Below, piece by piece: positions 9,259-20,673 of a DNA stretch of 64,000 nt (the stretch's first letter is position 1; each line of letters begins with the position of its first letter). The stretch covers positions 1,178,001-1,242,000 of the forward strand of contig OZ361258.1 of NCBI GenBank assembly GCA_977018835.1. The letters run 5' to 3'. Made by a program: the position numbers and the translations under genes. The notes under the pieces were generated by a model. It saw only the letters and a list, made by a program, of their open reading frames with translations, did no database searches and had not been told where the DNA came from. This DNA comes from Minutocellus sp. GHC0000111 (Eukaryota).

Positions 9259-12200
9259 CTAAAAGTTCATGGTGGCACCGCTTCCGAGATCGTCCCCAAA
9301 TGAATGAAAGGTCTCGACACCGGCCTCTCTCGCTGTCCACGCCGAGGACGATCCATTGTTCTGCCCGTTCTGCCCACCCCTACCTCTTGACGCCTTCTTC
9401 CTCCCTCTACCACCCTTGCGCTTGCCTCCTCCACCACCGCCACTGCGATACTTTCGCTTGCCCCGTCCCCACTTCTTGCCTCCACCGCCGCACCTCCCAC
9501 CACGATGTTCGGCTTGAATTGGCGGCCTATCGTAGTCGTCGCCGTAGATCTCGAGGCTGTCTCCTTCCTCGAGAACGAATTGACCTCCTCCACCTCCATT
9601 ATTGGAGTTGCCTGATGCAGCAGCAGCAGGGGCCCCATTCCCACCGGCTGCACCCACGATAGGATCGCTACTATTTCCACTGAGGAGGAAACCTCCGATC
9701 CCAGCACCAGCGCCCCCACTTATGTCATTGCGCTGGGTGGGCACTGACGAGGAGGCCGAGCCTGTACCCTGACGGTACCACACATCTCCCGTTTCACCGC
9801 CCACTTGCACAAACGAGGAAGAGGCCGATGCCGAAGCTGAGCTCTTACGGCCACCAGACGAACGCTTCTTGGAGGCCTTTGCTGCTCTTCCAGCATTTGC
9901 TGACGCCCCATCGGCCTCATTATGCATCGTCCAAACATCGGGCCGTGACAAACTCGGCTGGCGAGATCGCGAGGAGGATGCACCATTTGAGGATGCCCCA
10001 GCAGTCGTAACGCCGCTCCAGTTAGAGGTGGCATCGCGCAGTTTCCGGCGTCGATCGGTACCAGTACTCCAGCGGTCGGGCATCGTTGGATGATGCCCAG
10101 CGAAAGCATCAGTGCCTGAAAAAAGAGGGGCGGTGGAAGTGGTGGAGCCGGTGCTTCTCTTGCCGCCGGCAGCAATGTCCATAGAATCCTGCTGGTCAAA
10201 GTAAGACGAAGCCTGCTTCTTGCTTTTTTGCTTCCGGGAAGAGCCGGCCGACTGCTGGTGCTGAGAGCCGCGCCGTCGCTTCTTCTGTGAAGGAGAGGCA
10301 GGTAGTACCTCCACATCTCCATCGTCATCTGACGAAGTGAAGTCAATGATATCGTCATGGTTTACCGGAGCAGATGCAGCGGCAGCCGCTGCAGAAGCCC
10401 CAGTGAGACTCCTTCGACCGATACCGGAATCGTCTTCGCTTGGGCCAAGTAGACTCCTCCTGGCCTTGGATACGGATGACCTCGAAGCTTTTCGTCTTGA
10501 GGCAGGAGTGCTCGACGCACACGACCGGGCCGATTTGTTGAATTCCGGACTTGGTGGACCAAGCCGCGGCGGGGATGTAATATCCTGCTTGGCCTTGCTC
10601 TTTGACCTGGCTGGACTATCGAGGTTGAGATCAAACGACCCCGCCGACGAAGATGACGACGACGAAGAGGACGCTGCCGAATTGTCACTGTCGCTATCGC
10701 ACAGATCCACCACGTCCTCCTTCTTGGTTTTGGTCTTGGCCTTGGGCTTGGCACTTCTCTTCTTGGACGACGTCGCATCATCCTTGGATCGTTGCTTCGT
10801 CTTGGTTGCATTCCGCTCCGTGATCAAACCAACGTCCGAATCCGAATCAGATTCGTCGCTCTCCTCCTGTTGTTGCACATTCACTTCGGCCTTCTTCTTC
10901 CTTCCACCTCGTTGCCTCTTGACAAATGCTGGCGATGCCGCGCTCCACATGGACGCCGCCGACAGACCAGCACCACCACCGCCACTATCGGGGGCCATCC
11001 AGCTTTCGTCGCTGCTGAAATCATCCCCATTCCCTCCTCCACCACCACCGCCCAGAATATCCTCCTTCCGACCGCCGCGGTCGTCGTCCGAGGCGATAAA
11101 GTCGGCCATGCTCCCCAGGCTGTCGTCGTCGTCCTTGCTCCTGTCATCGCCGTCCTTGCTCCTGTCATCGTCGTCATCGTCGTCTGCAATCCGCTTGCGC
11201 TTCTTTTTTATGTTTGATTCTGTTTTGCTGCTGGTTTTGCTGTCGTTGCCGTTGCCACCAAACTTGTTGGATTTGGTATGTCGAACAGTGGAAGAGGCGG
11301 GTGCAATGCTGGTATCACTATCGCTATCGCTGTCAGACGATGACGAGGTCAGGTCGATACTTCGCAGCGGGTCCTTGTGCATCCACCCTCCGCCATTGCT
11401 CTTGCTCTTGCTAGTCGTGCTCGCCTTGCTGTTCCGACTGCCGGGTGGCGCGGATGGCCGGGAGCATGATTCAGTGCTCCTCTTCGTCTTCTTCGTTGTG
11501 CTGACATTGGCCCTATCTGTATCCTTTGCATCCTCCTCCTCGTCCGAATCTGGTGACGAGTCCGAGGAGTCCGACGACGACGACGAGGAATCGTCGTCCT
11601 CGGGAAGGCGTACCTCGAACTGGTCCTCCTTGGCATCCTCACCAGCCTCCGTCGGCTGCCGCTCTGGCTCTGGTTGCTGCTTGGGCAGCTGGGCCGGCAC
11701 TCTTGCCTCCACTACCGCTTCCGCTGCCGCTGTCACCGCCGGCTTTGGCTTGGCAGCATCCGCATCATCCGACTTGTCATCAGGCGGCGGCTCTGGCTGA
11801 TCCACCTGCTGCCGCTGCGGCAATACCGGCTCGGACCTAGATGCAGACTTGGCTTCCCCATACCGCTCCGACGATGCCGATGCCTCCATCTCCGCCGGCT
11901 GGGCCGCCGACTCGTCGTGCGCCACCCGCTCCTGCACTTGCTCCTGCTCTTCACTGCCATCGGCCTTCGCTGCTGCATCATTATTCTTCGCCGCCATAGT
12001 CGCCGCCGCCGCTGCCCGGCCCTCCTTGGCCAGCATCCGCTCCATCCGCCTCTGCCGTCGTTCGGCCTTGCGCTTCGACAGATTCAAGCGCGACGACAGC
12101 GACGACGAGGAGGACGAGCCCGGACGCTTCTTGCCGCTGCTGCTCTGGCTCTTGCCGGTGCTTCCTGACGAGCCGGGCCGGCGGTTCGCAAGGAGGGGAG

Positions 12201-12324
12201 AGTGGGCCAGACCGCCGCCGCCGACGTTAGCGGTAGCGGGGCGAGGTGAGGACCGCACGTGGGAGGTGGCGACGGGGGCAGCCGCAGCCTCGGCGGAGCC
12301 CTCCTCGGTCACGCCCGTCATCAT
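9259..12324 (-). CDS. Intrinsically disordered S/D/K/G-rich protein with SUMO-interacting-like motifs and an RGG-rich tail
   Basis: ~1020-aa ORF with motifs IDLTSSSSD, VVDLCDSDSD and IIDFTSSDDD, plus basic NLS-like clusters. Confidence 0.75.
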   Translation of the reverse strand: MMTGVTEEGSAEAAAAPVATSHVRSSPRPATANVGGGGLAHSPLLANRRPGSSGSTGKSQSSSGKKRPGSSSSSSLSSRLNLSKRKAERRQRRMERMLAKEGRAAAAATMAAKNNDAAAKADGSEEQEQVQERVAHDESAAQPAEMEASASSERYGEAKSASRSEPVLPQRQQVDQPEPPPDDKSDDADAAKPKPAVTAAAEAVVEARVPAQLPKQQPEPERQPTEAGEDAKEDQFEVRLPEDDDSSSSSSDSSDSSPDSDEEEDAKDTDRANVSTTKKTKRSTESCSRPSAPPGSRNSKASTTSKSKSNGGGWMHKDPLRSIDLTSSSSDSDSDSDTSIAPASSTVRHTKSNKFGGNGNDSKTSSKTESNIKKKRKRIADDDDDDDRSKDGDDRSKDDDDSLGSMADFIASDDDRGGRKEDILGGGGGGGNGDDFSSDESWMAPDSGGGGAGLSAASMWSAASPAFVKRQRGGRKKKAEVNVQQQEESDESDSDSDVGLITERNATKTKQRSKDDATSSKKRSAKPKAKTKTKKEDVVDLCDSDSDNSAASSSSSSSSSAGSFDLNLDSPARSKSKAKQDITSPPRLGPPSPEFNKSARSCASSTPASRRKASRSSVSKARRSLLGPSEDDSGIGRRSLTGASAAAAAASAPVNHDDIIDFTSSDDDGDVEVLPASPSQKKRRRGSQHQQSAGSSRKQKSKKQASSYFDQQDSMDIAAGGKRSTGSTTSTAPLFSGTDAFAGHHPTMPDRWSTGTDRRRKLRDATSNWSGVTTAGASSNGASSSRSRQPSLSRPDVWTMHNEADGASANAGRAAKASKKRSSGGRKSSASASASSSFVQVGGETGDVWYRQGTGSASSSVPTQRNDISGGAGAGIGGFLLSGNSSDPIVGAAGGNGAPAAAASGNSNNGGGGGQFVLEEGDSLEIYGDDYDRPPIQAEHRGGRCGGGGKKWGRGKRKYRSGGGGGGKRKGGRGRKKASRGRGGQNGQNNGSSSAWTAREAGVETFHSFGDDLGSGATMNF

Positions 12325-12730
12325 GGCCACGAGCCAGTAGTCAAAAATTGCAAAATGGCTTTCCTCAAACCTCCTCCTCGGGGCGGGGCTTCAAAATTTT
12401 AGCCCAAACGTTCCCCCTTTTTCTTGCGCTTCCAAATGACGACGAACGACCCAAAACGGGGGAAAACGCATCAGTTGGTGAATCTCTCTGGCACGCAAAA
12501 ATTAGATTTGAGGTAGTATTGGTGGATTCCCTCTTTATATTTGTAGAGGGATATAGTGTTTCAACTTTCGGAAGTTGGCGGGTCGGCAGGCTCGCCACAG
12601 CACAATCAGTTTGAATGTGGCGCGCCCGCCAACCAGAGCGAAACGACTGCGCCCGGCCATCGATGCATTGCTTCTTGGCGTAGGAATGCTCGCAACCCCA
12701 ACCCCAACCCAACCCGCGGCCCCTCCTTCG

Positions 12731-12773
12731 ATACAATACAATACAATACAATACAATACAATACAATACAATA
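12731..12773. repeat. (ATACA)n pentanucleotide microsatellite, ~8 copies
   Basis: atacaatacaatacaataca... in the divergent intergenic region. Confidence 0.97.
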
Positions 12774-12969
12774 TTAAGAACATACACGCGGCCACGCACG
12801 TCCACCAATGAAAGGGGATGCTTCCACATCCTCCTCCTCCTGCACATCTTCCCCCCACCTCCTCCCGCTGATACCCCTGTCCCTGGCGCTGCTGTAATCG
12901 GTTTCGGCCCACGTGTTCCTGGCGGCGTGGCACGAAGTCGCTTGGTCCGACGGCGACCGATGTCGGTCC

Positions 12970-14315
12970 ATGGCCGGCAGGGCTGCCCTGCTGGGCGCTG
13001 CCGCTGCCGCGGCAAGCACGGCCTTTGCGCCGAGGACTGGCGGCAGCGGTGCAGTTAGCAGGCCGTCGTTGCCGACATTGTCCTCCGCTGGACCCGCCAC
13101 CCTCACGGCCTTGAGCATGGCGGCCTCGGCCTATCTCATCCAGCAAACCCGCCAGCTGCACGTGCAGGAACCGCTCCGCACCAGCACTTTGACGTCCCAA
13201 TCCCTCCGGGGCAGGGTGTACTTTATCACGGGTGCCAACACCGGGGTGGGATATGCCACGGCGCGGCAGCTCTATGAGGCCGGCGCGACGGTCGTCCTGG
13301 GCTGCCGGAGCGAGGGCAAAGCGCGGGAGGCCATGAATAGGATACGAACGTCGGCGGCTTTCAGCGATGGTGCTGCTGCTGACGACGACAACGATGGTAC
13401 CAACGACGAACGCCTGATATTCGTCCAAATTGACGTCTCGGATCTGGAATCGGTCCGAAGGGCGGCCAAACATTTCCAATCCCTATCCCTACCACTACAT
13501 ACTCTCATCCTCAACGCGGGCGTCGTGATGGCCGACCGGAGGGAGAGCGTCGACGGGCACGAGCTGACCCTGGCGGCCAATCACTTGGGACACTTTCTGC
13601 TGGCCAATCTGTTGTTGCCGTCAATGAGGACCGTGGACGATCCACGCGTGGTGGTGCTGACCAGCAGCATGCACCAGCTAGCATCGCCGGGACTCGATTG
13701 GGAGGATTTGCAATGCAGACATAGACGGTATGCCATGTTTGGCCAGTACGCGCAGACCAAGTTGGCCAACATATTGTTCGTCAAGGAGCTGGCGAGGAGG
13801 GAGGAGCGATTGCGGCAAGCAGCGGTAAAAGCAGATGCAAATGATGATGATGATGATGATGATGGAAAGTCCACGACGGCGGCGACAGTCAAGGCCTACG
13901 CCGTCCATCCGGGTCTGGTCCGGACCGACGTGGTGCGGAACATGCCGTGGTATCTGTACTATCCCAACACCATCTTTGGCTTTGCCGTGGCGGCCTTTCA
14001 AAAGACCCCCGCGGCGGGGGCGTGGACGACCGTGTTTTGTGCGACTTCGGCAGATGTTCTGGATGAGAGCGGGAGTTATTACGTCAATAGTAGGAGAGAG
14101 GCGGTGGAGGAGTTTGCCAATGATGTGGAGGTGAGTTTATCGTGAGGTTGATGGATTGAGGCGAGGAAAACTCGGCTTCTCTCTCGGCTCTATTGGATGA
14201 TATCAACAACAGCACATTTTTCATGTATTTCCTCTTCGTTATCCCTTCTCATCTTCCACAGGCGGCATCAAAGCTTTGGACAATCAGCGAAGAACTTGTC
14301 GGCCTGAAGAGATGA
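12970..14315 (+). CDS. Short-chain dehydrogenase/reductase, retinol dehydrogenase/WWOX-like; intron 14131-14261
   Basis: TGANTGVG NAD(P) motif, LILNAG, NHLGHFLL, YAQTK catalytic YxxxK and VHPGLVRTD. The spliced final exon gives AASKLWTISEELVGLKR*. Confidence 0.92.
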
Positions 14316-14472
14316 CATTCGTTTATAATGCAATTAGCCAGCCTAGAATTTATGTGCAAATGGACCTCATACGGTACCTGATTGGTCTGACCTCCGCTAG
14401 GGGATATCAACACCATCTTCATTATTCAATCACATGTATGCGCAAAACCAATCCAACATCTGTAGTCCCCAA

Positions 14473-14778
14473 TCAATTCGGGAGCGAAGCCAGATATACG
14501 AATGGCGTAACACTTCTGGTATCGACCTTACGGACGATACTGTGCCATTCATCTAATGCAATGCCTCCTCCTCTCAGCGCCCGCAAGACAGATAAGGGAG
14601 GCTGTCGATCCCGCTTCGGTGCTGTCGGATGAAACATTTCCATGTCTTTGTGCAATACTAGTGGCTGCGGCGCATGGGTCGAAAAGTTGTCAATTCTGCT
14701 TGCATGCGACGACGCACTATCCACCACATCAAGCAGTGCGAGCAGACAAAACAACTGGAGCAGATGTCTCATGGTCAT
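14473..14778 (-). CDS. Small putative secreted/ER-targeted protein with LRGG motif
   Basis: 101 aa with a signal-peptide-like start (MRHLLQLFCLLALLDVVDSA) and an internal VLRALRGG. Confidence 0.45.
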   Translation of the reverse strand: MTMRHLLQLFCLLALLDVVDSASSHASRIDNFSTHAPQPLVLHKDMEMFHPTAPKRDRQPPLSVLRALRGGGIALDEWHSIVRKVDTRSVTPFVYLASLPN

Positions 14779-15391
14779 CTGCTTTGGTCTACTTTCGTTC
14801 GATTCTTTCGACTTGTGATTGTATTTTTTGGCCGGCTTCTTTTTCGGTGTTGGTTCGAGCTGACTTGTTCCACTTTGCTCACCTTGCTACCTCACGCACA
14901 ATATAAGGCTCTCAAATAATTTGGCCCTCTCCAAAAACAACTCGCGTGGCTTTCAATCTTTTGATGGTATGTTTACGGCTTGGTCTTCGGCGTGATGTCT
15001 TCTCTGGCTGATGCAATGCTTCTCTTTTTCTCTCGGCGATATCCGCCGGCGAAGTCGGTGCGAACCCATCGCATCTCGGGTCGGTGGCCCTGCGAACCCT
15101 GCTGGCCGGCTTTCAAGCTTCCACATCTCTCAACGCTAAGAGAAAGAGGTGGAATTTTCAGCACTTTCTCCCATTGCTAAGAGAAAGAGGTGGTGCTGAC
15201 TGAGGGGCAGAATGTTCGGCGATACTACCTCGGAATCCTAGTTCGAGTATCTACAGTTTAAACTCAAGGAGCTCACACAACCGAGGCGCGGCGCAAAGAT
15301 AAACTCTCCACCTCCTTCGTCAATTTTCGGGCCACATGCAGCCGTAAGACGACCATATCCCCTGTCCCCCATCACATATCCAGCCAACAGA

Positions 15392-16633
15392 ATGGTCGAC
15401 GATGTATCGAGAGTCAAATATTCTTGCAGCCAGGTAGCTGAAACAATCAGCGACAAAACGAAGCAGCTTGATTTTTACTTTCTCTACAAAATCGATGCTG
15501 CCGAGGTTGACTCCAAAGTAGAGCTCAATCGCCTAGAAGTTGCATATGTCTACAATTTAGCATCAAAACTTCTGCCATGCGCAGGCGACGACGATTCCAA
15601 CAAAGGGAGCAAATCGAACGATAATCTGTTCACGGTAGTGGCAATTGATTCTGCCAAGCAAGACGAGCTGTTGGAAATCGGTGAGAAAGACATAGATGCG
15701 ACGTAGCTACTAGTAGCTAGTGCAGACTGTACATGCAAACGACTTACAATAAATATCGATATCATGCGAAAGCCAATTTATTTGCTTTCTATCTCACCCA
15801 CTACGAAATCTCTTCTTCTTCGTTGCTCTTTAGGACTTTGCGAAGAAACTGGCTCAGGCACCGCTTCCTCGGACCACCTATGTCATATGGTCGATGGTAG
15901 CTTCTCCGTCATTTACAGCATTGTTGGGAATAATACGAGCACCGCAGATATTGAAGATCAGGTCTCCGAACAAGTCACTACAGCGCTCCAAGACTTCTTT
16001 GCAGACAATGATCTTCTTTCCGGTTCTCAACCAAATAGTCTGGGGGCATCGCTCATTATGCCCATCGCTACCACACCACCAGATTATTTGATCTCCGATA
16101 ACATCGGCAGAAAGATCGTGTCCCCTACCACGGTTGCCTCCTTCTGTGCTGGCCTCTTTGCTACGATTGTCCTGCTATACCTTACCAAAAGGAACTATCA
16201 CTCACGCATTGAAGACCGAAACAAGAGATCTGAGGAAAGCGGAGAGAGCACGCCCAGGCGATCCCTGAGACGTATTGGCATTCTCAGTCCGAGAGGAGGG
16301 CAAAATTATCTCGATCTCGACGATAATATCCTCCCAGACTCTTCGGGCACTGCGATGGCATCTGGCCTTCAGGCCAATGCCTTCAACTTTGAGCCCGTTC
16401 TAGCCGCCACTACATCGACTGAGAGCGAGAGTGTATCCTTGTCCACCGAACCTTCCACTTTCGCTACGATACAATCCCCCGCTTCAAGCGATTCATCATG
16501 TCCTTTCGATGACCTCCCAGAAGACGATTCCAGGAGCTACGGGTCGGTCGATCTCGGCTGCTCCGTCATTGGCGATGGTGACCTATCAACGATCTATGAA
16601 GAGCCTACACTTAGTCATTCTGTCTCCTTTTGA
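15392..16633 (+). CDS. Single-pass membrane protein of unknown function; intron 15681-15833; true 5' end uncertain
   Basis: G|GTGAG...TTTAG|GA splice joins ORF 15392 to ORF 15764 in frame. TM segment VASFCAGLFATIVLLYL is followed by basic residues and an acidic Ser-rich tail. Confidence 0.65.
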
Positions 16634-16774
16634 TTTCGTCGACACTGTACAAACTTCAAAAAAATCATTCACTATAGTACAAGATTATGAAAGTATCAGG
16701 CAACCTACGATCGTAATCAAATATGATTTTTTTTGTGGGCGGAGGCCGCAAACCCCGAAAGCATTCCTGCCTCC

Positions 16775-19583
16775 CTAACCCTTCCTAGAACTTTCTTTGC
16801 GACTATAATCGTATACAAGGGCATGGTCGATGAGACTGTACACGGACGAATGTGTTTCTCTCGAATGTAGAGCTGGGTTCTGATTTGCGATGGCACCCTC
16901 CAGAATCCTCGTAGCTTGCGCCATTTCCGTTAGGCCAAACTCAGAACTGTAATTTGTAATCGGTACGAACTGGCCGAATCCCTTCTGGTTGTTTTCTCTG
17001 ACAAACCCAATCATTTCCTTATTAGAATTGTAGCAAGGGAATCCCAATTTTTCGTTTGTGCTAACACTCTTGAAAGCCTTGGCCAGGATGTAAAATATCT
17101 GATCCCGGGTAGGCTCGTCAGCAGCAACAGATTCAGCGATTCCACTAGAACTTTGTCGGCTACTGGCCCTACTCGATCGAGACGGTGGACGAGGACTCGA
17201 ATCTTTCTTTGCAGAGGTATTTCCAGATGCATCCGGGGGAAAGAATGGCCCAAAATTAGGGTGAGGCATAGCTACAGGCGAACTGCCATGCTGGACCGGG
17301 TAGGGAGGAGGTGGGTAAGCAAAGGGGTTCGGTTGGTGATGCTGCCATGGTGCAGTTTGGTCAGGGGGGGACGGATAATAGTTTTGGCCAGGTGGCGACG
17401 GATTGTAGGGAGTATATGGCTGCATTGCCATCGTGGAGCGTGAAGGTGTGGCACGAGCGACGGTTGACGCAGAGCTGGCACTAGCATCGGCGGTCGCACC
17501 TGAAGCACCAGCTGCACTCGCGGCGGATGAAGCCCTTGAGCCTGGTACGCCTGGTGCGCTTTGACCCACTTGGGCGGCAGTTGTGCTTTCTACAGCTTCG
17601 AGAAGTGTGCGAAGATTCTCCCTCGATTCGTCAGAATACATGGATAGAACGCGCTGAATGCACTCATTTGGGTTGGGCACTGTGTAAATTAGATGGGGAA
17701 AAGAAATGAGAAAACATGTGATGCGAGAAATTTGCAGAAAGTACCTAAGCACGAGATGCATTGATTCCCAACAATACAAACTTACTGCTGTGATACGGAC
17801 GATTGTAGTCTACAGTCCCGTCGGGAAATTGGGCATAACCGATAACTTGCCACTTCAATGGATAGAGTCCATTCACAACTTCTTCAGTCCAGCGAATGAC
17901 ACCCCTCATGGCGGCACGAAGTGCTTGGATGTCGTTCACACCAGCCATAGTCGGCGGCTGAGGTTGCTGCTGAGGCGGGATAATCGTAGCCCTAGACGCA
18001 CTGACAACACTAGCGGCCGATGATGGTATCGCAGAGGCATGCATATCTCGGAAAGATTCCGAGCCAGCGGATCCTGTTCTCATCCCTCCAAAAGATGATC
18101 CCGAGGACCTTTGCCTCTTGTTACGCTTGGATCGAATCGATACAGGTGGAGAAAACCCCGGTGCGATGTCCGACGCGGTCCTCGGCGAATCGGGAGAGAT
18201 TTCCAATTTGAAGGCCATGCCTTGGTGATTTTTCGATACATCTTCAATGCGGAAGGAAATGATTGCAGGAGAACCGTTTGCATTGATATACTGACGTTCA
18301 GAACCAAATACCTTGAGGATGTTTTGATTCATAACTCGCAGGGATTGGCCGTTGTCGTAGAGAAGGGTGAACTTGAGGGGTATCTTCCGCCCTGACACTG
18401 GATCTCCATTCTTATCGGACAATGTGACTCGGACCTGCATACATTTTTCTCGTCCACCCTCATCTTTGTACCACGTTGACTCCCAATCCATGGGTTCGAC
18501 CTTGAGTTTGGCTGAGACGATGACAATGGGGCGAGTTATTATCGTCTGCGATTGAAGGGAGCGTGCAGAAGTAGGTAGATTCTGACCCTTCTTGGCAACA
18601 AATTTGATGGAATACAGCGATTGTCGATCTTGCCGAATATTCTTCGCATCGATCTTCAAAAGGACTTTGGTCGACGAGCGCAACGGATCTTTGGCCTTGT
18701 CGGGGACGTGAACTCGTCTCTGTGATGCCGGTTTCTTTGGGTTCGAAGGCTGAAGTGGCACTTGAATGATGCTATGCCCCCCAACATCGAGCCTCGCTCC
18801 TGACGTAACTGGCTCAGAGGATGGTCCCATTTCGGGAGGATCGTGAATATGCAGATAAGGAACAAACTCAATGGTTCCCACCCCATGCGTTTGCCCTTGC
18901 CCCTGAGCACCTTGCGCTGATGCTGCCTCGGACGATGGCGGTGCACTACCAGGCGGGAATTCAAGTCCAATTTCCATCTCAAACCATTCGTTGGGAATGA
19001 TATGTGTGGGTGGTTGTCGAATGGCGATAAGGCGTGGCTGCTGTCGTCCGTTGCCATTGCCATTACCAGAAGTACCACTGCTCCCCACGCTGACTTCTGG
19101 CGATGACGCGGCAGCTGTTGGGCGCTGCCGGATTGCACCACCGCCACCTGTCGGCGGAGACTGATACTGCTCCATCCCTAATGTATCTTGCAACTCAAAA
19201 GTATCTGTCAGTGTCTGCTGCGCATATGTTGGAGTAGATCCTCGTTGGCTCTGTCTCGATTCCGGCGCTGCTGCTAATGTTTCCTCAACCTCACTTCCCC
19301 TCAAAATGTTCTCCTCGTCAATGTCCCCAAAGTTAAACGAAGAGTACGACCCACCGCTTGAGCCGGTCTGTTCGAAGCTGGATCTAGTACTACTCGGAGG
19401 CACAGGGCTGTAACTCCTTCGAGTATTCGAACTGGGACCGCCTTCCCCTCCGTCGTCGTTATTACTGGGATGAATGCCACTCGTTTTGTTATAACCACTC
19501 GTGGTCCCACTACTTTCGTTGCCGATATTACCAGTCTTGAGCTCAAAAGATTCTCTATCAGTCGCCCCACAGCTGTACTTCAT
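16775..19583 (-). CDS. Putative DNA-binding protein with beta-rich core (CudA/STAT-like fold suspected); intron 17680-17785
   Basis: Globular core WYKDEGGREKCM...FRIEDVSKNHQGMAFKLEI...SPPVSIRSKRNKRQR with flanking P/Q/S-rich regions. The GTAAG...ACAG intron joins the two ORFs in frame (A|TG). Confidence 0.7.
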
Positions 19584-20673
19584 TCCTCTCTCCCTCCCAC
19601 TTTGATCCAATAGCGTTTGATGGCTTATGTCAATGATAAGTGATCAACAAATGAATTCGTGCTGGTTGATGTGTTTGTAGCTTTCTTGTCGTGTTGTGAC
19701 GTTGTGTTTGAGATGCTGCGCGTGCACACTATCAGGAACGGACAATCGTGGAGGGAGATGAATTCGATTGGGCGTGTCGAGGGTTGGGCCGGCCTTGGCG
19801 TTTAGCCTACAGTCAATCGTGGCAGTTATTGTGTCGAAAAGCACAAGGTCTTCGCACCCAACTACCAGAATGCAAGATACGGTACGAAAAATGACACAAG
19901 TTGCGCCGAAGGACGAGCCTTTCTCTGATCAAACGATATGTGCAGGTCGACCTCAACGCAATGTGTCCGGGCGTGGAATTATGGGAGATGTCGGAGCTTC
20001 GCCGAGAGAATGTGAAAGCCACCGTGGAATTCGTTTGAATGTGGAACGGTGCTTGAGACAAAACCCGGTCACGAAATCTTGATGGGCTCGAGGTGTCGAG
20101 AAAGATTCCAGATACGAGCGACGATGAAACCAATACTGAACAGTGGGGCAGTGATCCCAACCGATGCCCACACCAGTAAATAAGCAACCTATTGCTTCAT
20201 ATCAGCAAGCAACGCTCTCTGCTCCGGTTCGGCCGCCTTTCGTCATTATTTGATTGAAGGAAGAGCCGAGCAGATGCCGCCATTTCTTTGCGAGCATGCC
20301 GGAACAGCCGTTACGCCGGATTCGCCACAGGAGTAACGCCTCGATTTCTTTGACGTGTTTGATGCAAGAAGAGCGTCCGAAAACCAACCGCTCGGCTTGC
20401 TCGATCGCGCGCCTGCCACGACCGCTAGAACGTTCTTGCTGGGAATAAAAGTACGGTAATATGAATTGATGTATTGTCCTCACCAAACACTTTATACCCT
20501 ACTCAAATTCTTAGAAAGCAAGACAATTTTGGTCACCACTCTTTCAATCTCAGTGCTTGCCCACACTTTCCTTCCCCTTTTCCATTTGTTGTTTGCTTCA
20601 TCACCAGTTGCTCTCTCTAAGCTACGTAGACTAGCTACTACGTAGCTAGATCTACATTGGAACCAAAGATTTA

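Noticed and set aside
10337..11800. 487-aa plus-strand ORF
   Set aside because: Antisense shadow of the low-complexity minus-strand gene 9259-12324.
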